The notes below the pieces were generated by a model that searched no databases, was not told the DNA's origin, and saw only the letters and a list, made by a program, of their open reading frames with translations. Positions 9,501-17,729 of a stretch of DNA of 20,000 nt are shown piece by piece (positions within the stretch are counted from its first letter, which is position 1; each line of letters starts with the position of its first letter). The DNA is from an uncultured virus (IMG/VR IMGVR_UViG_3300018428_002561). Lineage: Duplodnaviria; Heunggongvirae; Uroviricota; Caudoviricetes. The stretch lies in IMG/VR virus record IMGVR_UViG_3300018428_002561. The stretch is one strand, 5' to 3'. Made by a program: the position numbers and the translations under genes.

Positions 9501-12500
9501 GATTACAGCAAACTTTCCTAACTTAACATATGATAGTGCAAAATGTGAAAGAGATATTGGTTACTTACTAGATGCGGCAAGATACGATTGGTGTTTAGGT
9601 ACAACATTTGCGTCAACAGTGGCGGCAATTAGTTACTTGAGAAAACCAAGTGCTAAAGTTACAGGCGACCAAAAAGAAGCAACACTTGCAAGTTATGAAT
9701 ATGCTAGAAATGCGGCAAGAGCTGAAGTTTCTGAAGCGGCAAGTTTGGCACAAATTAACAACACTTTTGTTACAACAAACGATATTATTTTAGGTGGTAG
9801 TAACGAAGGTAGTAACCGTGCTGCAGAAGATCAAGACGTTTATGCAGGCATACAGCAACTTGAACTTAACAAAGAGTTTATTGCAAAAGAAGCGGTTGCT
9901 TATGTTAACGATTATTATGCAGATAGTGTTACAGCAACTACAGCTGCAACAGGCGCACTTACTGTTACAAGTACAGGATGGTTAAGACAAAACAGACCAA
10001 TTAAGTTTACTGGAACAGCAATAGGTGGATTAACACTAAATCAAACTTATTATGTTAAAAACATTTTAAGTTCAACAACATTTACTATTAGTTCTACAAT
10101 AGGCGGAACAGATGTAACAGTAACTGACGATAGCGGTGCAATGGATGTCGAAAAAGATTACGACTACAACGTAACATTGTGCGAGAGAGATATTAGATCT
10201 ATTGTAGATGGAATGATTTGGGATCTAAAATATGCACCTAATTATAGAAGAACATATACAGGTAATATTAATTTAACAGTACCTGCTACATATGCAACTA
10301 GATATGCATCAAGATACTATGTTAATAGCGTAATAGGCTCACAAGAAGAAGACTTCTACTATCTACGCAATGGTACAGGAATCAGACTACAAACATTAGA
10401 AGGCCTACAGGGTGATATGACAGCAGAAACAGCCGCTGGTACAAGTCGTGTAACAGCAGGTGCGTATGCGTCACTAGATCCAGGTTGGGGTCCAGATGAT
10501 GATAGATGTTGGATTACGGCACGTTCACCGTATGTACAAAACTGTACAACATTTGGTAATGCCGCAACTGGTCAAAGAATTGACGGTGCATTACACAACG
10601 GCGGTAATGACAGTATTGTTTCAAACGACTTTACACAGGTTATAAGTGATGGTATTGGAGCACACATTTTAAATAATGGTAGAGCAGAACTTGTGTCGGT
10701 GTTTACATATTACTCACACATTGGTTATCTAGCAGAAACAGGCGGACGTATACGTGCAACTAACGGTAACAACTCATATGGTGATTATGGTTCAGTTGCA
10801 GAAGGTGTTGACCCAGATGAAACTCCAACAACTGGTATAGTAGATAACAAGACACAATATAATGCTACAATAGCATCAGCTGTTACAGACCAAGACACTA
10901 TTCTAACAGCAGAATTTACACATGCTGGTAATGATTACACAGAAGTAACATTTAATGTGTTTGGTCCAGGTAGTGGCGAATCAGTTATTGGTGATGAATT
11001 TAGAGACGAAGCACTAATACAAGCTCGTGTTATTGACGATCAAGTTGACGGCGATGCAGGTGGTAGTGGATACTTAACAGCAAGTAACACAGCACAGTCA
11101 GGTAACGCAACAAGTATTACACTTTCAGCTACTGACGGTAACTTAAATACTTCTTATCCTGGCATGAAGGTATTGATTGTAGGTGGCGCAGGCGCAGGCT
11201 TATATGCACTTATTGATACATATGATGCAGGTACAAAAGTTGCTACAGTAATTAAAGAATCAGACGGCACAGCAGGTTGGGATCACTTTGTTCCTGGCAC
11301 ACCATTTGTTTCACCAAACGCTTCATCTACATACGAGATTGAGCCAGCGGTATCATTCTCAGCACCTACAAGAAGTACACAGAATGTTGTAATTACTTCA
11401 AATATTTACGAAGACTTTGGATTCTTTGAAACATCACAACAGGTAAACAACCAAGGTGCTGATACTTATGCAGGAACAGGTAGTAACGCAACTTTTAACA
11501 TTGACAGAGTTGGCGCAAAATATTATGTTGCATTAAACAGTGCTGGTAGTGGATATACAAGACTTGAAACTATTACTGTTGCAGGTACATCATTAGGTGG
11601 CACAAGCCCTGAAAATGATCTAGTTATTACATTAACAAGCATTGGTACTAGCGGAGAAGTTATTGACTTTGATTTCACTGGTATTGGTGCTAAAGGTAAA
11701 TTTGTTGCACTAAGTGACGATACTTCAGCAGCCACAAGCGGAGACGTTGCAACTTGGAGTAATGTAACACTTCCACAACAATGCGATAGATTTACAACTG
11801 GACTACTTAACGATGGTAGTTCTCAATATAAGTCAAGTGCATTTGTTGCTGTTGCAACAGGATCTAGTAATGCTGTACTAAGTGAGGACTTGTCAACATT
11901 TAGTACATCAGCTCTACCAGCAGGATTAGATACTTCAACAGGAGTTGATGTACAATACGGCTATTTAGGTGCTGGATCGAACAGATTTGTAGTTATTGCC
12001 CAAAATGATACTGATATTGCTTATTCAGACAACGCAGGTACATCTTGGACACTATCAAGTGCAGCATTGCCTAATACAGGATTTACAAGTATTACTAATG
12101 GTGCAGGAAAATATGTTGCTGTAAGAACAGGTTCAAACCAAGCAGCATATTCAGTAGACGGCATTACATGGACAGCAAGCACATTACCAGCAAGTTCAAA
12201 CTGGAGTAAAGTTGTTTGGGGTAACGGCAGATTTATTGCAATATCAAACAACAGTGTAAACGGTGCATATAGTTTAGATGGTATTACTTGGTATGCATTA
12301 ACCATAGGCACAGAAGGCGCAGCTCTTCCAACAGATATTTGTTACGGACAAGGTATGTTTATGGTAACTAGTGCAGACACAAATAGTGTTTGTTACAGTG
12401 ATTATGGATTAATTTGGTCAAACTTAACTGTTACAGCAAACGTAAGCGGCTACAAACTAGCGGCATTTGGTAACATAAACCAAGAGCCTGCCTGGTTAGC

Positions 12501-13593
12501 AATAGCAGACGGAACAACTACTCAAGTAGCATCAAACAAACTTGGTGCTAGAGCAAGAGGACGAGTAAACATTGCTAACGAGAAAATATTTGAAGTAAAA
12601 CTAGCAGAACCAGGAAGTGGTTATGGTGGTACTCCGCCAACAATTACTATTACTGATCCAAACAACATTGACGATGTTGTATTCCAAAATAGACTCGGAA
12701 ATGGTGCTTTAGGTAATCCTAGTTTTGCAGATAGAGGAACAGGCTTTAGTGCAGCAAGTATGGAAGTTGATGGACAAACATCAAATGGTAATGCAGATTT
12801 CTTACAGAACGGGTCATTTGTTGCTGTTAGACGTTTAACTGAAAGACCAGTAGCAGGATCAAATATTACGTTTGATAGTTTACCAGGACAGTACTTTAAG
12901 TTGGTAACTGTTGTTAGTTTCTTAGGAACTAACCCAGGATCACATACAGCATTCTTACAATTAAGTCCAAGTATGACTATTGCAGATGCACCAGCTGACG
13001 GCGACGGAGTAACTTCAAGAATACGTTATTCACAAGTACGTCTAACAGGACACGATTTCCTAGATGTTGGTACAGGTAGTTTTGCAGAAACAAATTATCC
13101 TGGACTACCATTACAAATACCGGTCCAAGCTCAAGAAACATATGATGTTGACGGAGGACGAGTGTTCTTTACATCAACTGACCAAGATGGTAACTTTAGG
13201 GTTGGTGACCTGTTCCAAATTGAACAGGCAACAGGTGTTGCAAACTTGAATGCTGAAGCATTTAACATTGCAGGTCTACAAGAACTTACACTAGGTGAAG
13301 TTACACTAGGTGGTAACTCAGCAAGTATTAGCGAATTTAGTACAGACCCATTCTTTACAGCAAACAGCGACAGTGTTGTGCCAACGCAACGTGCTATTAA
13401 AGCATACATTGAAGCACAAATTGGTGGCGGTGGTGCTGCATTGAACGTTAACAGTGTCACAGCTGGTGACATTTTCATAAGCTCAAACATTATAACAACG
13501 GTGTCAGGCGAGTTGATAAATATTACAGCAAACATGAACTTCACTGGTCCAGTTACAGGTTATCCTTTAGCATACCAGTACTTTTTAAGATAA
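6580..13593 (+). CDS. Giant modular virion structural / tail fibre-like protein B (paralog of A) with four phycobiliprotein-like helical repeats
   Basis: 2337-aa ORF starting MAEFKL like protein A. Seven CBM5/12-like repeats; beta-helix segments (YYVATHGAD...PWKTIRYA, IKVATGKYYE...GDELRS, DNGRAELVSVFTYY-like); four CxxD[MIV][GR] helical repeats; SxDGxxW propeller; EFSTDP...VVPTQRAI. Confidence 0.8.
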   Translation: MAEFKLGRIRFVWKDAWSSATTYYKDDVVRFGGKVYICVIGHTSATDFFTDFEIVPPKWNLVSDGQTWKGEWATSTGYVYGDIVQYGARLYICKVVHTSQATVAAGLEADIANWDVYADGLAWKGDWTVDTKYLINDLVKYGGQTYVCNTYHTSAATEADGLEADQASWDVFNAGIEYKSTWTSGTRYKVNDVVQYGAALWICTTEHTGSTLFSTDSANWEQFVRGFQFESDWEALRQYQKGDIVRYGGNQYIALTNHSEKNPVVETTDWQLFSQGIRFLGDWQDDSTLQDYRVGEVVRYGGYTYICTADHQDQTPTDTNYWQRLNTGLRWRGEWVDDQEYLLGDVVRFTDNSYVCVQGHFSEGDDFSTIQTQPGGGGAQNSRPDLDTTGTYWQVLSIGNEASVLTTKGDLVYYAAGGPARLPVGAEGQFLQVSNNQTPEWAYMGVADDVYYVATHGADTPAPTNGRSIDKPWKTIRYAAEQVERGAKNPQARRLLELNRYFIQREIVEWTDAQITGNISPFTAGFDYDSAKCERDMGYIIDAVIWDITHGGNVKSREAALSYINDTVGSPYLTQKAETVASINYGLEVIQAVLNQEAPAVNYQVNNGDNSTAIVAQYFDASLSSETVYTEISNLVKIITDAITAGNADNIPDRLIRNSLIKVATGKYYEVLPIIVPAECCIIGDELRSTNVFPRKSNNSTLTSAEDYLYSNTAIERVEAIIGDIVEGVAVTATTGNTQTQSTLYPLANNETGYVRQATEQLARLYRRRTDWALGRKEEAIATFTLADEMADPNAGYARNLLIANREFLKAELIGYITENYPDLKYSRTACKKDVGYLIDAVAYDLTYGGNWQTVNAGEAYYVGATSNLPAAQKAATLAAYGYLKGIMQTVGRNITVTPGTQSTVEQVVGDPGDAASATTIGDLLDDFINIVDNGTGSETIVYPSITGAAAGLQTDHSLLGSAAATIKTDTTNWITANFPNLTYDSAKCERDIGYLLDAARYDWCLGTTFASTVAAISYLRKPSAKVTGDQKEATLASYEYARNAARAEVSEAASLAQINNTFVTTNDIILGGSNEGSNRAAEDQDVYAGIQQLELNKEFIAKEAVAYVNDYYADSVTATTAATGALTVTSTGWLRQNRPIKFTGTAIGGLTLNQTYYVKNILSSTTFTISSTIGGTDVTVTDDSGAMDVEKDYDYNVTLCERDIRSIVDGMIWDLKYAPNYRRTYTGNINLTVPATYATRYASRYYVNSVIGSQEEDFYYLRNGTGIRLQTLEGLQGDMTAETAAGTSRVTAGAYASLDPGWGPDDDRCWITARSPYVQNCTTFGNAATGQRIDGALHNGGNDSIVSNDFTQVISDGIGAHILNNGRAELVSVFTYYSHIGYLAETGGRIRATNGNNSYGDYGSVAEGVDPDETPTTGIVDNKTQYNATIASAVTDQDTILTAEFTHAGNDYTEVTFNVFGPGSGESVIGDEFRDEALIQARVIDDQVDGDAGGSGYLTASNTAQSGNATSITLSATDGNLNTSYPGMKVLIVGGAGAGLYALIDTYDAGTKVATVIKESDGTAGWDHFVPGTPFVSPNASSTYEIEPAVSFSAPTRSTQNVVITSNIYEDFGFFETSQQVNNQGADTYAGTGSNATFNIDRVGAKYYVALNSAGSGYTRLETITVAGTSLGGTSPENDLVITLTSIGTSGEVIDFDFTGIGAKGKFVALSDDTSAATSGDVATWSNVTLPQQCDRFTTGLLNDGSSQYKSSAFVAVATGSSNAVLSEDLSTFSTSALPAGLDTSTGVDVQYGYLGAGSNRFVVIAQNDTDIAYSDNAGTSWTLSSAALPNTGFTSITNGAGKYVAVRTGSNQAAYSVDGITWTASTLPASSNWSKVVWGNGRFIAISNNSVNGAYSLDGITWYALTIGTEGAALPTDICYGQGMFMVTSADTNSVCYSDYGLIWSNLTVTANVSGYKLAAFGNINQEPAWLAIADGTTTQVASNKLGARARGRVNIANEKIFEVKLAEPGSGYGGTPPTITITDPNNIDDVVFQNRLGNGALGNPSFADRGTGFSAASMEVDGQTSNGNADFLQNGSFVAVRRLTERPVAGSNITFDSLPGQYFKLVTVVSFLGTNPGSHTAFLQLSPSMTIADAPADGDGVTSRIRYSQVRLTGHDFLDVGTGSFAETNYPGLPLQIPVQAQETYDVDGGRVFFTSTDQDGNFRVGDLFQIEQATGVANLNAEAFNIAGLQELTLGEVTLGGNSASISEFSTDPFFTANSDSVVPTQRAIKAYIEAQIGGGGAALNVNSVTAGDIFISSNIITTVSGELINITANMNFTGPVTGYPLAYQYFLR
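6616..7770 (+). repeat. Seven CBM5/12-like repeats in protein B
   Basis: WKDAW..YICVIGH, WKGEW..YICKVVH, WKGDW..YVCNTYH, YKSTW..WICTTEH, FESDW..YIALTNH, FLGDW..YICTADH, WRGEW..YVCVQGH. Confidence 0.75.
8050..10340 (+). repeat. Four helical repeats with a conserved Cys-x-[RK]-Asp motif (globin/phycobiliprotein-like)
   Basis: Cys codons at 8176 (CERDMGYIIDAVIWDITHGGN), 9070 (CKKDVGYLIDAVAYDLTYGGN), 9544 (CERDIGYLLDAARYDWCLGTT) and 10180 (CERDIRSIVDGMIWDLKYAPN). Each is preceded by an L-x-x-N-[RK]-x-F-I-x-x-E-type helix (degenerate in copy 3). Confidence 0.7.
11695..12510 (+). repeat. Asp-box/BNR-like beta-propeller repeats in protein B
   Basis: YSDNAGTSW, YSVDGITW, YSLDGITW and YSDYGLIW, with GAGKYVAV, GNGRFIAI and GQGMFMV strands. 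Confidence 0.7.
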
Positions 13594-13608
13594 TGGAGAA
13601 AAAATAAA

Positions 13609-13929
13609 ATGGCAAACGGAAGATTAGGAGCAGCGGATCTATCAGCAGCCACAAATACAACAGTTTATGAAGTCCCAGCAGACAATTTTGCTGTTGTAAC
13701 TGTGAGCATTTGTAATAGAGACGCCGGCAACAGAACAATAAGACTTGCATTAGCAAGTGCAGATACTCCTACAGCAGCAGAATACATAGAGTATGATACT
13801 GAATTAGTAGGAAATGGTACACTTGAAAGATCAGGTATTGTACTTGATGCAGGTAAAAAACTTGTTGTTTATAGCAACAGTTTAAGCGTTTCGGCTGTAG
13901 TTTACGGTTTAGAAACATCAACACTATAA
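13609..13929 (+). CDS. Small beta-rich hypothetical virion protein
   Basis: 106-aa ORF, GGAG at 13595-13598, co-oriented in the structural cluster. Alternating hydrophobic pattern suggests a beta-sandwich. Confidence 0.8.
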   Translation: MANGRLGAADLSAATNTTVYEVPADNFAVVTVSICNRDAGNRTIRLALASADTPTAAEYIEYDTELVGNGTLERSGIVLDAGKKLVVYSNSLSVSAVVYGLETSTL

Positions 13930-13941
13930 GAGGAATAAGAC

Positions 13942-14892
13942 ATGCGTAAGATAGGAATAGGAACAGCAGGAGATCCAGTATTAGGTAAGTCACTAATTTT
14001 GGATAATACTGTAACAACTTTGGACGCTGACGCTGACCTAATACTAGATCCTAACGGCGCAGGTGAAACCAAAGTAAACGGCCATATACAGGTCAATTCA
14101 GGATCAACACTAAAACTTGGCGATGATGACAACAGTCATTGGGTAGCTTTAAAAAGTCCTGCAAGTGTAACAAGTAACTTGACTTTTAGTTTGCCAACAA
14201 GTTATGGTTCAAATACACAGGTACTTACAACAAACGGCTCAGGTGCATTAAGTTGGACTACTCCGGGTATTAGTGTTACAAATGACGTATCCACAGGTAA
14301 TAATAACAACTACTTGATGTTTACAGCAAGCACAAGTGGAACAATTACAGGCACAAGTGTAAGTGATTCAAAACTTGCATATCAACCTAGCACAGGTAAC
14401 TTGTTTGTAGGTATTGTAAGTGGCGGTGAAGGTAACGGTAACAGTTTAACACTTAGAAGTACAAGTGCAGGTACAAAAGGCCAAGTTTATGTTGATGAAG
14501 GAACAGCAAGTTCTAGCACAACAACTGGAGCATTTAGAGTTGCAGGCGGCGCCGGTATTGGCGGAAACTTATACGTAGGCGGTTCGTTTACAGCAACATC
14601 TGTAACTGAAACATCGAGTATTGCATTAAAGGAAAATGTGCAACCAATTGAAAATGCACTAGAAAGTTTAACAAAACTAGTTGGTGTTGTTTATGATCGT
14701 AAAGACGGCTCAAGTAAAAACGAAGCAGGATTGATTGCAGAAGAAGTAGATAAAGTTTTACCAAACCTAGTATCAAAAGATGCAAACGGAAATGCAGAAA
14801 GTATTTCATACACAAAAATTAGTGCTTATCTAATTGAAGCAATTAAATCTTTGAAAGAAGAAATAGATAATGTAAAGCAGAAGCTGGGGTAA
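13942..14892 (+). CDS. Tail fibre protein with C-terminal intramolecular chaperone / auto-processing domain (peptidase S74)
   Basis: Ser/Thr/Gly-rich shaft (VLTTNGSGALSW; TTTGAFRVAGGAGIGGNLYVGG), then TS-SIALKENVQPIENAL...GLIAEEVDKVLPNLV...ISYTKISAYLIEAIKSLKEEI with a terminal coiled coil. GAGGA RBS upstream. Confidence 0.85.
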   Translation: MRKIGIGTAGDPVLGKSLILDNTVTTLDADADLILDPNGAGETKVNGHIQVNSGSTLKLGDDDNSHWVALKSPASVTSNLTFSLPTSYGSNTQVLTTNGSGALSWTTPGISVTNDVSTGNNNNYLMFTASTSGTITGTSVSDSKLAYQPSTGNLFVGIVSGGEGNGNSLTLRSTSAGTKGQVYVDEGTASSSTTTGAFRVAGGAGIGGNLYVGGSFTATSVTETSSIALKENVQPIENALESLTKLVGVVYDRKDGSSKNEAGLIAEEVDKVLPNLVSKDANGNAESISYTKISAYLIEAIKSLKEEIDNVKQKLG

Positions 14893-14895
14893 TAA

Positions 14896-15759
14896 ATGGC
14901 GACACTTAAAAACACTGTCATTAACGATGTTGGAGCCATAACATTACCGAAAGGTACAACGGCACAACGTCCTACAAATCCACCAAACGGTTCTATGAGA
15001 TATAATACTGACTTAGGTTATACAGAAGCGTATTATAACGGATTTTGGTTTGATTTGTCAACTGGCAGGGGCCTCCCTACAAAAACAGAAAACAAGTATA
15101 TATTGTTAGATGCAAGTTTGTCATCAAGTACTAATGGCACAACAGCTGCAGGTTGGACTAATATTGGGTACCAATCGGGTAGAAATTTTGAGTTCTTTGG
15201 ATCTCCTACTTATACAAGTAATGGATTAAACAGTTACTGGAGATTTGACGGTAACCAAATGGCTGTGTGTGAAAACCAATGTAATGACTTACAATACAAC
15301 ACTGTAGAATGTGTGTTTAGAAGATTCTCAAACAGTCCAGAAGATATTTTGTATAACAAAGAAAACACATGGGAAGCAAAAACAGATAGTGCTACTTTCC
15401 AATGGGCCTGGCAAACAACTGATAGAAGTTGGTTTTGGTCAAGTACAGGTGCAATAACAGATAATCAATGGTATCATTCTGTTGTAACTTATGACGGGAA
15501 CAGAGTCAGAGCTTATATTAATGGTAGATTAAGACAAGAAGATACAGGAAACTATGAAAATGGAACGTTAATACAAACGCATGCCAGCTATCCTAAAATT
15601 AATAGTAGAGGCGCCGATCGTACAACGTATTCTAATACAGGTCATCATGAAGTTGCTTATTTTGCTGTTTATGATACACCTCTAAGTGATTCGGAGCAAC
15701 ATCATAATTATCAATGTATGGCTGAGCGTTTTAACATACCATATATACCATATAACTAG
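14896..15759 (+). CDS. Putative receptor-binding protein with a LamG / concanavalin-A-like lectin domain
   Basis: N-terminal LPKGTTAQRP...GSMRYNTDLGYTEAY fibre module, then ILLDAS...FDG...NQWYHSVVTYDGNRVRAYINGRL...FAVYDTPLSDSE, which is typical of LamG-like domains. Confidence 0.8.
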   Translation: MATLKNTVINDVGAITLPKGTTAQRPTNPPNGSMRYNTDLGYTEAYYNGFWFDLSTGRGLPTKTENKYILLDASLSSSTNGTTAAGWTNIGYQSGRNFEFFGSPTYTSNGLNSYWRFDGNQMAVCENQCNDLQYNTVECVFRRFSNSPEDILYNKENTWEAKTDSATFQWAWQTTDRSWFWSSTGAITDNQWYHSVVTYDGNRVRAYINGRLRQEDTGNYENGTLIQTHASYPKINSRGADRTTYSNTGHHEVAYFAVYDTPLSDSEQHHNYQCMAERFNIPYIPYN

Positions 15760-15770
15760 GAACAAATTAA

Positions 15771-17729
15771 ATGGCTATACTTAAAAGTACAATAATAAAC
15801 GACATAGGTTACTTGAGCTTGCCTGTCGGATCAGAAGCACAAAGATTAGCAACTGTTGCTGGTACATTAGTATACTTTACAAGTGTAGGAAACACAAGTT
15901 GGACTGTACCGAGCGGTGTTGACAGTGTCGAAGTACTAGTTGTTGGCGGAGGCGGCGGAGGCGGCTCTGATATGGGCGGCGGCGGTGGAGCCGGCGGCGT
16001 AGTTTATGACGGGAATTATCCTACAGTACCTGGACAAAGTATTTCAATTACAATTGGAGGCGGTGGCGCAGGAGCATCAGCAGGTGTTGGTCAAGCAAGA
16101 GGTAGCAACGGCGGAAACTCAGTATTTGGTAGTATTACAGCATATGGTGGAGGCGGAGGCGCAAGTTGTCACGATAGATCAACTTCACCAGCAGGAGACG
16201 GCGCATCAGGTGGAGGCGCATCAGGTGGTGCTGTTCCTCCAAGCGGTGGTGCAAACGGAACAATTAATGATAACGGACTAATTGGTAACGGCGGCTACGG
16301 AGGTGGCTCAAGAGGTAGATCAATTTATCCAGAACAAGGACATGACGGATCGTGGGGATCAGGTTATTGGTATCCAGGCGGCGGAGGCGGCGCTGGAGAA
16401 CCTGGAACTTCTTATCCAAGACCACATGGTGGTAGAGGCGCAGAAATTACAATTACCGGCGAACCAATTTTTTGGGGCGGCGGTGGCGGTGGCTCTGGAT
16501 ACTCTAACACAGGCGGCGACGGCGGCCTAGGTGGTGGTGGCGGTGGAGCCGTTAACAGTACATATGGTGGTGTAGGTTACAACAACGGAGCCGACGGTGG
16601 CGGAGGTGGCACTAGTACATGGGCTAACACTCCAGGCGGCAATGCAGGCGCAAACACTGGCGGTGGCGGAGGCGGTGGCGCCCACTACAATTCAAATAAC
16701 TACGGTGGTAATGGCGGATCAGGTATTGTTATTGTTAGATATAATACAACTAATCCTACCCAAGAAACAGCACAAGGTGCAATGAGAATCAATACTACCA
16801 CAGGTGAAGCAGAATTTTACAGTTCAGATGCTACATGGCAAAGTTTATCTATTCCGTTTAAAGAAAGAACACATATTACAACTAACTATATGTTAGGTGG
16901 TTATAAATCAAGTAGTGCATGGAATAATGTAAATAGATGTTCTATAGCAACAGACACTACTGTTAATTTAGGTGACAATTCATTAGAAAGAGCATTCAAC
17001 TATCAGTCAGGTGCTTGTAGTAAAAACGTAGCATGGGTGTTTGGTGCAGGTAACGGTCACGCTGTACAATCAAACTATGTTATAGGATTTAACATGCGTA
17101 CTGACCAACAGTATACAGGTACATTTGATAGAAACCTAAGTGGTAATAAGTTACAAGACGGCACTATATGGAAAGAACACTATATGGCGTGGGTATCAGG
17201 AAGTGCAGAACTTGACAGATACAACATGCTTACTGAAACACAATCAACTGTAGGCATCGGTGCACCAGGCGGATCAACAGTACAAGCATGGGGCATGAGT
17301 TGGGAAAATGAAGGAATGTTTACTAGAGATAACGATGGTACATTATTCCAATTCACTACAGAAACTTACGGTGCATGGAGCGGTACATTCCCAAGTAATC
17401 ATCACCAACAAAAGTCTATGAATAGTAAATTAAACTATTGTTGGGCAGGTAACGAAGGTGGCTATGCTAGTGGTGTAAACTTCCGAAGAACAAACTGGAT
17501 TACTAGAACTACAGCAAATACATACGCTAAGCCTGTTACCGGCGGTGAAGAAAACTTTACAATGGGACAAGACCATGCTTACCAGTTAGGTTGCTTTAAT
17601 GGTGCGCAAAATAATGATAGTTTCCGTTGGAACTATTATACCGAGTCTGGTTTTACAGGAGGAGTTTCTATGCAGCCAAAAGGTAAAGCAGGATCTAGTT
17701 CAGGACTAGGCGCATGGAGAGATAATTAA
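15771..17729 (+). CDS. Glycine-rich tail fibre/adhesin-like protein with a C-terminal propeller-like domain
   Basis: 652 aa. Shared N-terminal module; FTSVGNTSWTVPSGVDSVEVLVVGGGGGGG...GGSGIVIVRY Gly-rich domain; C-terminal domain paralogous to 17729..18757. Confidence 0.8.
   Translation: MAILKSTIINDIGYLSLPVGSEAQRLATVAGTLVYFTSVGNTSWTVPSGVDSVEVLVVGGGGGGGSDMGGGGGAGGVVYDGNYPTVPGQSISITIGGGGAGASAGVGQARGSNGGNSVFGSITAYGGGGGASCHDRSTSPAGDGASGGGASGGAVPPSGGANGTINDNGLIGNGGYGGGSRGRSIYPEQGHDGSWGSGYWYPGGGGGAGEPGTSYPRPHGGRGAEITITGEPIFWGGGGGGSGYSNTGGDGGLGGGGGGAVNSTYGGVGYNNGADGGGGGTSTWANTPGGNAGANTGGGGGGGAHYNSNNYGGNGGSGIVIVRYNTTNPTQETAQGAMRINTTTGEAEFYSSDATWQSLSIPFKERTHITTNYMLGGYKSSSAWNNVNRCSIATDTTVNLGDNSLERAFNYQSGACSKNVAWVFGAGNGHAVQSNYVIGFNMRTDQQYTGTFDRNLSGNKLQDGTIWKEHYMAWVSGSAELDRYNMLTETQSTVGIGAPGGSTVQAWGMSWENEGMFTRDNDGTLFQFTTETYGAWSGTFPSNHHQQKSMNSKLNYCWAGNEGGYASGVNFRRTNWITRTTANTYAKPVTGGEENFTMGQDHAYQLGCFNGAQNNDSFRWNYYTESGFTGGVSMQPKGKAGSSSGLGAWRDN
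16200..16228 (+). repeat. 15-bp tandem duplication inside the Gly-rich domain
   Basis: GGCGCATCAGGTGGA followed by GGCGCATCAGGTGG, encoding GASGG-GASGG. Confidence 0.6.

Noticed and set aside
3391..10780. Similar DNA blocks (about 3391-3550 and 10623-10780) as a possible DGR template/variable repeat pair
   Set aside because: Both copies lie in-frame in paralogous genes, the differences seen are largely synonymous and not adenine-specific, and there is no reverse transcriptase in the window.
527..13593. Bacterial surface adhesin or S-layer locus instead of a phage
   Set aside because: No signal peptides or anchor motifs were seen. The S74 chaperone fibre, T4-type late promoter and tight gene packing point to a phage.
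15945..16720. GGC/GGT-rich repeats as a CRISPR array, microsatellite or foreign island
   Set aside because: Fully explained by glycine codons. There is no constant repeat with unique spacers.
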